Assembly (NCBI GenBank): GCA_938083505.1
Contig: CALKCF010000002.1
Coordinates: 96,001 to 160,000, forward strand
Direction of reading: 5' to 3'
Source of the DNA: an uncultured archaeon
Lineage (GTDB): Archaea; Thermoproteota; Nitrososphaeria_A; Caldarchaeales; Wolframiiraptoraceae
DNA length: 64,000 nt
A program made the translations under genes and the position numbers. The notes under the pieces are model-generated. The model did no database searches and was not told the origin of the DNA. It was given only the letters and a program-made list of their open reading frames with translations. Positions 1-8,759 of the stretch are shown here, one piece after another. The first letter of the stretch is position 1. Every line of letters begins with the position of its first letter.

Positions 1-660
1 CCACAGCTTGAAATGACAATGTTCTACGTGCAAAATGTGCCATTAGCTCCTGTCACGCTAGCGGATGCCCATGGGAATTCGGCTATACTTTATCCTGTGG
101 ATGCTCCGATGGCTGAAAAGATGGCTAGGGGGATAACCGTAGCTTTTGGTATGCAAGCCGGTATAGCATGTCATCCTATGGCAGGCTGGCAAATGAAGAA
201 GGCAGTAATAAGCGGAACCTATACGATGGCTGAAAAGGTGGGCAGGGCTATTAGGGAGTCGAGGGACAAGGGCAAAGACCCTGTCAAGGCTGTAGTAGAA
301 GTCACAAACGGTTTTGAAATTGCAAGGGGGAAGGTCACCAAGAAAGAGGTTGAAACCAAAGGAGGCTTCGATTACGGAAAAGTCTACGTGGGTGACATAC
401 GCGTAGATTACAAAAATGAAAACATGATAGCTTGGAGGAGGGGAAACCCGGTAGCCATATCGCCAGACCTGATATGCTGGATGACGACAGACGGCCGGCC
501 CCTAACCAACGCAGACATAAAAGAGGGGTTAGAGGTTGCTGTGATAGGAATAAAGGCCTATGAAAAGTGGAGGACGCCGGAGGGGCTTGCTGTATTCCGT
601 CCTGTCCTTGCTGAGCTAGGCTATAGTGGAGAATACATACCCATAGAAAAACTCCTTTAA
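1..660 (+). CDS. DUF917 family protein (S-methyl thiohydantoin desulfurase-like), 5' truncated by window edge
   Basis: C-terminal half of DUF917: PVTLADAHGN, GGFDYG, YKNENMIAW, PDLICW, W-R-T-P-E-G-L tail; frame open to window start. Confidence 0.8.
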   Translation, partial: PQLEMTMFYVQNVPLAPVTLADAHGNSAILYPVDAPMAEKMARGITVAFGMQAGIACHPMAGWQMKKAVISGTYTMAEKVGRAIRESRDKGKDPVKAVVEVTNGFEIARGKVTKKEVETKGGFDYGKVYVGDIRVDYKNENMIAWRRGNPVAISPDLICWMTTDGRPLTNADIKEGLEVAVIGIKAYEKWRTPEGLAVFRPVLAELGYSGEYIPIEKLL

Positions 661-700
661 ACATAAAAATCTTAAATCAAACTTTTTTATTTATAAGTGC

Positions 701-1450
701 ATGCGGAAAGTAAGAGTGTTAGTAGTTCTTCCTATATTGAAAAATCCTGTGCTGGAGGAAGTTACGCGAAGGGAGATTGAGCAGATCCAAGACGGAACCC
801 TTGAGGTAGACTTGGTTAGCTTAGAACAAGGACCAGCCTCGATTGAATCAGAATTTGACGATAGAATAGCATCGCCTTGGGTGTTGGAGAAGGTTAAGGA
901 GGCCGAGGCCAACGGTTTTGACGCCGTGTTCTTGGACTGTATGGGAGACATAGCTCTGAATGCTGCAAGGGAAATCGTAAGAATACCAGTGATTGGTCCG
1001 TGCCAAGCCACGATGGCAATAGCGTCGATGCTTGGCGATAGATTCTCAATAATCACCATCCTAGAAAACGTGGTGCCGCTTTTCTGGCGAAAAGCTAGGG
1101 AATATGGTTTCATACAAAACCTCGCCTCAGTAAGGTCTGTGGAGGTGCCCGTGCTTGAGTTGGATACGAAGAGGGAGTTGGTAAAAAAGAGGCTTGCCGA
1201 GGAGTCTATGAATGCGGTAAAGGAAGATGGTGCAGAGGTTATAATTCTAGGATGCACCGGCATGGTAGGGATGGCGAGAGACGTCCAGGAGATTGTCGGC
1301 GTTCCTGTTATAGACCCAGTACCAGTATCGATAAAGCTCGCAAAACTCATGGCAGAGCTTAGACTTATTCACAGTAGCAAAGCTTATCCAAAGCCGCCAA
1401 CAAAGTTGAGGAAGTTTCCGGGAGCTTCAGAGCAGTTATTCAAAGTTTGA
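701..1450 (+). CDS. Asp/Glu/hydantoin racemase family protein (AllR/HyuE-like)
   Basis: GPASIE, catalytic Cys pair in DCMGD and ILGCTG, PVIDP motif. Confidence 0.9.
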   Translation: MRKVRVLVVLPILKNPVLEEVTRREIEQIQDGTLEVDLVSLEQGPASIESEFDDRIASPWVLEKVKEAEANGFDAVFLDCMGDIALNAAREIVRIPVIGPCQATMAIASMLGDRFSIITILENVVPLFWRKAREYGFIQNLASVRSVEVPVLELDTKRELVKKRLAEESMNAVKEDGAEVIILGCTGMVGMARDVQEIVGVPVIDPVPVSIKLAKLMAELRLIHSSKAYPKPPTKLRKFPGASEQLFKV

Positions 1451-1460
1451 TTCCTTAACT

Positions 1461-2189
1461 TTACTTCAACCACCCTTCATCAGCAGGCGGCGGCTCGTAT
1501 CCGTATAGCTTGCTGTGACTCGTGCCGAACTTTCTGTAAAGGTCCGCCAACATCTCAGCATATTTCCATGCAACCACCACCGGGTCCAGAACTGGGACTT
1601 TTAGCCGTAGAGTAAGTTCCTTCATGAAGCCTGACTCCGCCGTGCATCCTAGAATTATAACCTCTGCACCATCTTCCTTCACTGCCTTCTCGGCCTGCTC
1701 GATTATTGCCTCCTTTAGTTTTTCCGGCTCTTTCATCATCCTTCTCACACTAAAACCCACTTCTCTAAAGGACGCAAGTTTCTTCTCTAAACCGTAAAGC
1801 CAGACGTTTCCCTCCATCTTTGGTATCCACTTCCGCCTCCCTACTATAATGGAGAACTTATGTCCGAGGGTGGAGGCAACGTGCAAACAGGCCTCGGCCG
1901 GTGCAACGACGGGTATAGAAACTATCTCTCTGGCCTCCCTCAAGCTCGGGTCGTAAAAACATCCTATAACCGCTGCATCGAAACCATCCGACTCGGCCTT
2001 TCTTATAACTCTAAGGAGTTCATCTGCCACGAGGTGCTCATAATAGTGGTATTCCAGATGGTCCGGCCCCTTTTCGAGGTGAGTAACGAAAGGTTCAACA
2101 TCAGGCCTCTTAATATCTTTGAGTATTCTGAGCATATGTTCATCAAATGAGGGCGTTCCTACAGGATTAATCCATAAAATCTTTAGCAT
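1461..2189 (-). CDS. Asp/Glu/hydantoin racemase family protein (paralogue)
   Basis: ILWINP start, GCFYDP and ILGCTA catalytic Cys, PVLDP. Confidence 0.9.
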   Translation of the reverse strand: MLKILWINPVGTPSFDEHMLRILKDIKRPDVEPFVTHLEKGPDHLEYHYYEHLVADELLRVIRKAESDGFDAAVIGCFYDPSLREAREIVSIPVVAPAEACLHVASTLGHKFSIIVGRRKWIPKMEGNVWLYGLEKKLASFREVGFSVRRMMKEPEKLKEAIIEQAEKAVKEDGAEVIILGCTAESGFMKELTLRLKVPVLDPVVVAWKYAEMLADLYRKFGTSHSKLYGYEPPPADEGWLK

Positions 2190-2231
2190 AAAAAAAGTTT
2201 TTGTAAAAATTTATTTAAATTTTTTGGAACG

Positions 2232-3866
2232 TTACTTTGATGATTTACTGAACTCTTCTTCTCTCAAAAGCCTTCTATGAACTTTGCCCGCAGATGTCAA
2301 AGGCAACTCTCTCCTGAACTCTACTTCCCTCACCAACTTGTATGGCTCCAGCCTCTCTTTTAAGAAATTAATGAGTTCCTCTGCCGTAAGTTGAGCTCCG
2401 TCTTTCAAGACGACGAATGCCTTTGGTAGCTCACCCGCAATCGGATCAGGCTTACCAACGACCGCACAAAGCTTCACGGCTGGGTGCTCATATATGGCAT
2501 CCTCGACCTCCCTCGGGTATACTGAGTAGCCTTTGTACTTGATGACGTCTTTCTTTCTATCGACGATGTAAAAGTATCCATCTTCATCCATTTTTGCCAC
2601 ATCGCCTGTGTACAGCCAGCCGTCTCTCAGCACCTCCTTAGTCTCTTCGGGTCTCTTCCAATAACCCAACATGACCTGCGGCCCCTTTATGACGAGCTCA
2701 CCTATCTCTCCAGGAGGTAACGTCTTACTTCCGCTCTCAAGGTCGACTATCTTCGCATCCACATCGGGCCAAGGTAAACCGATGGAGCCTATCTTGACAG
2801 ACTTCGTGGTAGGATCAACAGGGTTTGTATGTGTTCCTGGCGAGCATTCAGTTAATCCATAACCTTCCACGAGTACGCCCCCAGTAATTTGGACGAATTT
2901 TTTCTGAACCTCAGGCGGAAGGGGCGATCCCCCGGATATGCAGCATCTTACTGACCTGAGATTATATGACTGCGTTTCTGGTGATGAGACTATGAGTGCG
3001 TACATCGTGGGAACGCCGCAAAAAACTGTTATGCCGTACCTCTGAATTGTTTCCAAAACAACTTTTACGTCGAATTTTTGAAGTAGGACAATGGTTCCAG
3101 CAGTATAAATTGGTGCGTTCATCGAAGTCGTCATCCCGAATATATGAGATAGTGGCAACACCGTTAGGAATACCTCTTCGGCAAGTTTGCACTTTATCCA
3201 GGTTGAGAACGCGATGGTGTTTGAGACCATGTTGAAGTGTGTTAACATGGCTCCCTTAGGTGTACCCGTTGTCCCTCCAGTATACTGGAGGCAAGCTAGG
3301 TCATCCTTTGGGTTTATCTTAACCTTTGGTGATTCTGGAGGATACTTTGCAAGCGTGGCGCCGAGGTCATAAAAATTCCCCTCCGGCAACCGGGATGGCC
3401 TGCTAAGCTCTTCACCCGTCACGAAGACCCTCTTGACAGTTGTTGATGGTGCAACCTTAAGGAAGGTAGGAAGCAAGTGCTCGTAAACAACCAACGTCTC
3501 AGCCTCCGAGTCGTTGAGCTGGAAAAGCAACGTATTTTCACGTGCCAGTGAGCTTATCGTTGTTACTACACAGCCAGCCTTGAGCACGCCGTAGTACGCT
3601 ATCAGAAACTGCGGTATGTTTGGCAGGAAAAGGGCGACTCTATCACCTTTGGCTGCGCCCATACTGACCAACGCGTTCGCAAAGCAGGACGTCAGCTTGT
3701 CTAGCTCACGGTACGTTAACTTGTACCCGCTCTCACCGGATATGACCGCGACACTTTCTGGAAAAGTCGCCGCAGAACGTTCTAGCAGACCATGGAGTGG
3801 TATCTCTGGGTACGCTATGGACCTAGGCACACCCTCAGGATAGAACTTATACCAAGGCCGCTCCAT
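2232..3866 (-). CDS. fadD: Long-chain-fatty-acid--CoA ligase (AMP-forming)
   Basis: YTGGTTGTPKG AMP-binding loop, EGYGLTE, GWLYTGD, IVDRKKD, terminal GK. Confidence 0.9.
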   Translation of the reverse strand: MERPWYKFYPEGVPRSIAYPEIPLHGLLERSAATFPESVAVISGESGYKLTYRELDKLTSCFANALVSMGAAKGDRVALFLPNIPQFLIAYYGVLKAGCVVTTISSLARENTLLFQLNDSEAETLVVYEHLLPTFLKVAPSTTVKRVFVTGEELSRPSRLPEGNFYDLGATLAKYPPESPKVKINPKDDLACLQYTGGTTGTPKGAMLTHFNMVSNTIAFSTWIKCKLAEEVFLTVLPLSHIFGMTTSMNAPIYTAGTIVLLQKFDVKVVLETIQRYGITVFCGVPTMYALIVSSPETQSYNLRSVRCCISGGSPLPPEVQKKFVQITGGVLVEGYGLTECSPGTHTNPVDPTTKSVKIGSIGLPWPDVDAKIVDLESGSKTLPPGEIGELVIKGPQVMLGYWKRPEETKEVLRDGWLYTGDVAKMDEDGYFYIVDRKKDVIKYKGYSVYPREVEDAIYEHPAVKLCAVVGKPDPIAGELPKAFVVLKDGAQLTAEELINFLKERLEPYKLVREVEFRRELPLTSAGKVHRRLLREEEFSKSSK

Positions 3867-4017
3867 TTTTCTTTCTAAGAAAAAGTACCAGAGCGATATA
3901 TATATTAAGACGTCCTATTCATCACCCGACGGAATTAGTTCAGCGCAATTGGGAAAAATTTCAACGTGTTGAACTAATGACTCTATACACTTCATTTAGG
4001 TTTTGTCGAGTTCTAGT

Positions 4018-4125
4018 TAGTACTTGATGCTGAGATGCAACAGAACGACGAGTGCCGCAACTGTGAACAGGTCAGGCATTAGAGCAAAGGGCCAAGACTG
4101 AACGGTCTAAACCCGAAGGTCCACA
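4018..4125 (-). pseudogene. Probable remnant of the C-terminus of a sugar/nucleoside ABC permease
   Basis: Minus frame reads VDLRV*TVQSWPFALMPDLFTVAALVVL, resembling the L-M-x-P-Y-x-x-T-x-x-A-L end of BPD_transp_2 permeases, with an internal stop. Confidence 0.3.
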
Positions 4126-4308
4126 TTATCATGAGGTTGGAGGTAAGGGCGTATAGGAATAGGATTATCGAAAATATTATCAGTCCAATTGTGAACTCGG
4201 ACCTATTTTTCTGTATATGTCAACGTATACTAACAACAAGAATATTAGAAGAGCGTAACTTTGACGAAGAGGGGGATAAACGCATCTCCGAATTTTTTAT
4301 TTTTATGC

Positions 4309-4316
4309 TTATATAA
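4309..4316 (+). promoter_or_regulatory. TATA box for the candidate C/D sRNA
   Basis: TTATATAA about 25 nt upstream of the predicted sRNA 5' end at 4338. Confidence 0.55.
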
Positions 4317-4337
4317 CCCTATCCATCGGTGATTGTG

Positions 4338-4396
4338 TGGGATGATGAGCAACGTCCGAGTTGATTATTTATGATACTCGACGGGCAGGCTGACCA
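4338..4396 (+). ncRNA. Candidate C/D box sRNA
   Basis: Terminal stem TGG/CCA, box C ATGATGA (4342-4348), 12-nt guide, D' TTGA (4361-4364), C'-like ATGATA (4371-4376), second guide, box D CTGA (4390-4393); intergenic with a correctly spaced TATA. Confidence 0.7.
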
Positions 4397-4438
4397 AGAT
4401 GTTTCTATAATGCCGAGTATGTCAAGAATGGGCTGGGA

Positions 4439-4542
4439 GCGGGGGTTGCCAAGCCTGGTCAACGGCGCAGGGCTCAGATTCTTTATAATGATGGGAGACC
4501 CTGTCCCGTAGGGGTTCGTGGGTTCAAATCCCACCCCCCGCA
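4439..4542 (+). tRNA. tRNA-Leu (CAG) with 19-nt anticodon-loop intron (about 4479-4497)
   Basis: Acceptor GCGGGGG/CCCCCGC-A, anticodon stem CAGGG/CCCTG, long variable arm, GGTTCAAATCC T-arm; BHB central helix CTCA/TGGG. Confidence 0.9.
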
Positions 4543-5058
4543 TAAATTTACTAATAAATTATGAATATTTGAGATGCTGTTTATTTTTATGGTGTTAGTT
4601 TGTGAAGTCAAATTAGGATAAGACGTGCACCAATTAAGGATCATACCATTTACGTTTATTTGCCTTTTTGTTTGAAATTGTTTTGTATCTTTCTTCAATG
4701 TTCTTCTTGTGAGGCTTTGCGAGTTTTAGGCTAACGTTGCTTACTGCATACTTACGTGCAGTCTACTCCACCTGGCCAGCATTATCTAGAAGATTGAGCA
4801 TCATCAAAATTTTATTCCCATAGTATCTCTATAAGCTTACCCTCCATACTAATACCAAAGAGGGAATTGAGGGCATTGATATCAGGTAGATACATAAACA
4901 TGCCTATTTGGATATTACCGCATTGGGAGATAAAAAGCGATCAAAGCTTACTTTCCATCAAAAATTTCATGAGATTGCACGTAAAAAATTTAGAGAATGA
5001 TTTTGGAGATAGGTTCAACGTTTATAAGCGTGACTGCAACACATATTTTGGTGAGGTT

Positions 5059-6168
5059 ATGCCCGTAATGGGTAGGGGTTTCTTAGCTGTAGTGTTAGTA
5101 GTGATACTTTTTTTAGTAGGAATGAATTTTTACACATATGTTATCTTCAGTCAAGAGAATCTGGAACTCAAGAATAAGCTGATGCTGAGGATAGGCGAAT
5201 ATAATAATCTTGAACAAGCCCATAACTCTCTTCAAGGTATGTATAACGAGTTGAGGCAGAATTACGAGCGGCTGGCCGAGCTTAACAAGAACCTCACGCT
5301 CCAGGTTTCCGAGGCTGAGGAGAAATATCAGAAGCTCATCAATAGTTACCACGAAGTCTTGGAGGCTAATAGAGAGCTAGCCAGGGCATTGGAGTTTATC
5401 GCGAACAAGCTAATCGTACCATGCAACTACACCTTGGCTGGTGGGCCTACATGCATTGAAAACAACACCTTCACGTTAATGAGTTTCTATGAGTTCATTA
5501 ACAGATCGATATATGCTTACGACAAAGAGATGAAGGAATACGTCTATAGTGTGACGGATGGATGGGATGGAAGTGAGGAGGATTTTCGTTCAGACCTCTA
5601 CAAGATATATGAGGCTTGGCGTAAGGACTTCAACTATATGCTTCCATCGCCAGCACAAAAGAACTTGACTTTCATCGTTGTTGGGACTTGGTGGTATCCG
5701 CCAACTAAGATGGGAGACCACTTCCTCAAGGAGGTGAAAAACTACGATGTAATGAACACGACAGTAGTGGGTGCGCCGATAAGCTTCAGATATAAGAAAG
5801 GTGTCTGCTGGGATTACGCGACCGTACTAGTTGCCCTCTACTACGCATACTACGACATCGCGGGGAGGAGTCTTCCCACCGGCTACCTTTCCATCGGCCT
5901 CTTGGACATGGACGGCCACCACGGGTGCACACTTATAAAAGAAAGCGGCGACAGAGTAGCGATAATAGACTGGGAAGTGATAACGAAGGAGGATAACAAA
6001 ATCGTCTTCATACCATTTGAGGAGGCGAAGAAACTCCATGAAGAGTATTGGAACTCTAGAATAAGCTACGATGCCGTTCAGAGGAGGACCGTCACGTCAC
6101 CATTCGTGATAAATAACTTCACATCGAACGAAGAATTCCATAAATGGTTGATCGAAGAGTTCAACTAA
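5059..6168 (+). CDS. Membrane-anchored coiled-coil protein with C-terminal transglutaminase-like (Cys-His-Asp) domain
   Basis: GGTGAGG RBS before ATG 5059 (ORF-track start 4867 looks too far upstream); N-terminal TM helix; heptad coiled coil; GVCWDYA ... GHHG ... IIDW triad. Confidence 0.7.
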   Translation: MPVMGRGFLAVVLVVILFLVGMNFYTYVIFSQENLELKNKLMLRIGEYNNLEQAHNSLQGMYNELRQNYERLAELNKNLTLQVSEAEEKYQKLINSYHEVLEANRELARALEFIANKLIVPCNYTLAGGPTCIENNTFTLMSFYEFINRSIYAYDKEMKEYVYSVTDGWDGSEEDFRSDLYKIYEAWRKDFNYMLPSPAQKNLTFIVVGTWWYPPTKMGDHFLKEVKNYDVMNTTVVGAPISFRYKKGVCWDYATVLVALYYAYYDIAGRSLPTGYLSIGLLDMDGHHGCTLIKESGDRVAIIDWEVITKEDNKIVFIPFEEAKKLHEEYWNSRISYDAVQRRTVTSPFVINNFTSNEEFHKWLIEEFN

Positions 6169-6228
6169 TCCTGTATCAATGAAATATCAAAAATAATTTC
6201 CAAAGAAACAAGGTATTTTAAAATTATT

Positions 6229-6657
6229 TTACTTTAGCTTTTCCAAAGGAACATAAACATCCAGCTCGAATTCCGATAAGTGAACCTTCCCAGAGTCGGT
6301 CACGACCATGTGGTAAGTTGACTTTGGAGGCAGTTTTCTCTTTTTTAGGCCAGCCTCCCTCACGATGTCCTTACAAACGGGCAATCCGAGCGGACCTGGC
6401 TCTACAACTATCAGCGGCGAGTCGTAGTCGAAGAGCGACACAGGAACTTTGCTGCATCCGAACCCTTTTAGTATATTGTAGCGGTGGTGTCCATCTAAGA
6501 TCACCATGGTCTTATAGTCTACTGCTAAAGACTTCCTAAGGTAGCCGTCGCGAAGTATCTCTGCTTTCAGTTCCTCTAAATGTATAAGGTCTATCTCCTC
6601 ATGTTCAATGAGCGAATCTATCTTTACAATCTTCACATCTATGGGTCGTAGTATCAT
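6229..6657 (-). CDS. ParB/Srx N-terminal domain protein (SerK/SbnI-like small form)
   Basis: HEE motif, VILDGHHR, LPPKSTYH. Confidence 0.8.
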   Translation of the reverse strand: MILRPIDVKIVKIDSLIEHEEIDLIHLEELKAEILRDGYLRKSLAVDYKTMVILDGHHRYNILKGFGCSKVPVSLFDYDSPLIVVEPGPLGLPVCKDIVREAGLKKRKLPPKSTYHMVVTDSGKVHLSEFELDVYVPLEKLK

Positions 6658-6738
6658 TACCTACAGGGCAAAATGCCGCTTATATTAATCTGTTTCTCTA
6701 AGAAATGTATTTGAGATACTTTATGCTTAAAAACCCAA

Positions 6739-6771
6739 ACTGCTTGTGCTTGTGATACATAGCCAAGCAGT
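6739..6771 (+). promoter_or_regulatory. Inverted repeat/hairpin upstream of queT (riboswitch or operator candidate)
   Basis: ACTGCTTG...CAAGCAGT 8-bp stem extended by GCT/AGC, ending 17 nt before the TTG start. Confidence 0.45.
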
Positions 6772-6788
6772 CGGTATGAACGGGGTGG

Positions 6789-7340
6789 TTGTACGGTTTG
6801 AAGAGTAAGACTAGATCTCTGGCCGTTTCGTCCGTCCTGGCATCTCTTTATGCAGTCTTGGTTGTGACACTTGCACCCTTCAGTTTCCTACCTTTTCAGG
6901 TAAGGGTTGCCGATGCCCTTCTCCCACTTTCTATAATGTTTGGACCTCCAGCAGCCTACGGCTTATCCATAGGATGTGCGGTTGCCAATTACATAGGTGG
7001 TCTGATACTTTTTGGCGGCGCATTTGTAATAGACGTAACCGGCGGTGCTGTAGCTAACTTTCTCGCCTGTTACCTTGCATGGCTTATAGGAGGGCATGGT
7101 GGTGTAAAGAGAAGATTTCTCGCGACACTTGTCCAAACAATAATCGTCACGCTAATAGTGGGGGGTTATCTATGGGTTCTAGTCGGCATGCCTAGCGCCT
7201 ACAACATCGTCGGTTTTGAGTTGCCCGGTCTGCTAGCAGTTATCTTAGGCGTGGCTATAGGTTCGGTAATAGCGATAAATGTCATGGGATTTGCGCTGGA
7301 GGAGGCGGTTAGAAGGGTGCTATACATAACAGATAAGTAG
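6789..7340 (+). CDS. queT: QueT family (COG4708) 7-deazaguanine precursor transporter
   Basis: ASLYAVL..LAPFSFLPFQVRVADAL..L, GLSIGCAVAN, D..GG motifs; five to six TM helices. Confidence 0.85.
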   Translation: MYGLKSKTRSLAVSSVLASLYAVLVVTLAPFSFLPFQVRVADALLPLSIMFGPPAAYGLSIGCAVANYIGGLILFGGAFVIDVTGGAVANFLACYLAWLIGGHGGVKRRFLATLVQTIIVTLIVGGYLWVLVGMPSAYNIVGFELPGLLAVILGVAIGSVIAINVMGFALEEAVRRVLYITDK

Positions 7341-7364
7341 GAACGGGGCCTTTGGGGATTTAGT

Positions 7365-8192
7365 ATGAGCGGTAATGTGACCGTTGCTTTTCAAGGCGAG
7401 CTTGGTGCTTATAGTCATATAGCTGCCTTAAAGTTCTTCGGCTCAATAAACGCTCTACCCCAGAAGACAATATCAGACGTCTTCGAGGTCGTTGAAGCAT
7501 CCAAGGCTACATATGGAGTAGTACCATTCGAAAATTCGCTTGAGGGTAGCGTGAACGAGACATATGATATGCTTCTCGAGACTAACCTTAACGTTATGGG
7601 TGAGGTGAAGCTAAGGATAGTTCATTGCTTGATAGCTAACTTAGACATCGAAATATCCGATATAAAACGCGTTTACTCACACCCTCAAGCACTTGCGCAG
7701 TGCAAGTCTTACATTAGAGCCATGGGCTGGGAAACTGTTCCATGCTACGATACGGCTGGAAGCGTAAAGATGCTGAAAGAGTTAAAAATCAATGACGCTG
7801 CAGCAATCGCAAGCGAGCTGGCCGCTGAGATATACGGAATGAAGGTCCTCCAAAAAGGTATAGAAGATTTTGCTGCGAACTACACGAGGTTCTTAGTTAT
7901 TGGTAGGGACAGCGTTCCAAGAACCGGTAAAGACAAAACCTCGATAATCTTCACAACAAAGCACATACCGGGTGCGCTCTACGTGGCTCTCGAGGAGTTT
8001 GCAAGGAGGAGCATCAACCTTACAATGCTTGTATCAAGACCGAAGAAAAAGACACCTTGGGAGTACAATTTCTATGTAGACTTCGAGGGGCATGTTTCGG
8101 ACGAAGTTGTGAGGCATTGTCTGGAAGCGTTAAAGGACAAAACGGTATTCCTAAAAGTCTTGGGCTCCTACCCGGCAGCAACTGATGTATGA
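7365..8192 (+). CDS. pheA: Prephenate dehydratase with ACT domain
   Basis: AFQGELGAYSH, VPFENSLEGSV, SHPQALAQC, NYTRF, C-terminal ACT ending LGSYP. Confidence 0.95.
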   Translation: MSGNVTVAFQGELGAYSHIAALKFFGSINALPQKTISDVFEVVEASKATYGVVPFENSLEGSVNETYDMLLETNLNVMGEVKLRIVHCLIANLDIEISDIKRVYSHPQALAQCKSYIRAMGWETVPCYDTAGSVKMLKELKINDAAAIASELAAEIYGMKVLQKGIEDFAANYTRFLVIGRDSVPRTGKDKTSIIFTTKHIPGALYVALEEFARRSINLTMLVSRPKKKTPWEYNFYVDFEGHVSDEVVRHCLEALKDKTVFLKVLGSYPAATDV

Positions 8193-8237
8193 ACACCAGT
8201 TAATCTTTTTAAGCAAAGCCAAATGTTCAGGTTATCG

Positions 8238-8723
8238 ATGATCAAGGTCATCGTCCTTTCAGACTCCCACACATATAGCTTGGATCTATTCCCGAGAAAA
8301 ATTTTAGAGGAGCTCGATACTGCTGATTGGATAATCCATGCTGGAGACTTCACGGAGATAGACCTCGTCAATGAATTAAAAGCTCGCGGGAATTTTAAAG
8401 GTGTTCGTGGCAACATGGACTCACTAGAGGTGAAGACTCTGCTTCCGGAGACCGAGCTACTAGAAGTTGGTGGCTTTCTCATAGGCATATGCCATCCTGC
8501 CGAGGGCGGGCCGCCGCTAAGAATCCAAGATAGGATTAGAGCTAAGTTCGGCAGGGTCGACGTCATAGTTTATGGCCATACCCACGAGTCAAAAAACGAA
8601 GTTCGGGATAAAATCTTATATCTAAACCCAGGCAGCGCGACTGGTGCTTGGCCCGCCACTTACGCATCTTATGGCATAGTAGAGATAAAGGATAATATTA
8701 GGGTCAGGATAGTACACATATAA
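8238..8723 (+). CDS. YfcE/MJ0936-type metallophosphoesterase
   Basis: SDSH, HAGD, GNMD, GHTH, NPGS motifs. Confidence 0.9.
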   Translation: MIKVIVLSDSHTYSLDLFPRKILEELDTADWIIHAGDFTEIDLVNELKARGNFKGVRGNMDSLEVKTLLPETELLEVGGFLIGICHPAEGGPPLRIQDRIRAKFGRVDVIVYGHTHESKNEVRDKILYLNPGSATGAWPATYASYGIVEIKDNIRVRIVHI

Positions 8724-8759
8724 ATATTTTTGAGTAGCTACGGTAATCCTGTTTTTGGA

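Noticed and set aside
691-1350. Long antisense ORF (and the many similar 60-150 aa antisense ORFs in the track)
   Set aside because: Lie opposite well-supported genes, with Ser/Ile/Thr-rich shadow composition and no motifs
4030-4120. RNase P or SRP-like words and a 13-nt complement of 23S rRNA (ACGGTCTAAACCC) followed by CCGA
   Set aside because: No GC-rich helices, no RNase P CR-I/CR-V, no C or C' box; several 13-mer rRNA matches are expected by chance in 64 kb; the minus strand reads better as a permease remnant
4319-4698. ORFs 4319-4543 and 4483-4698
   Set aside because: Antisense shadows of tRNA-Leu and the sRNA
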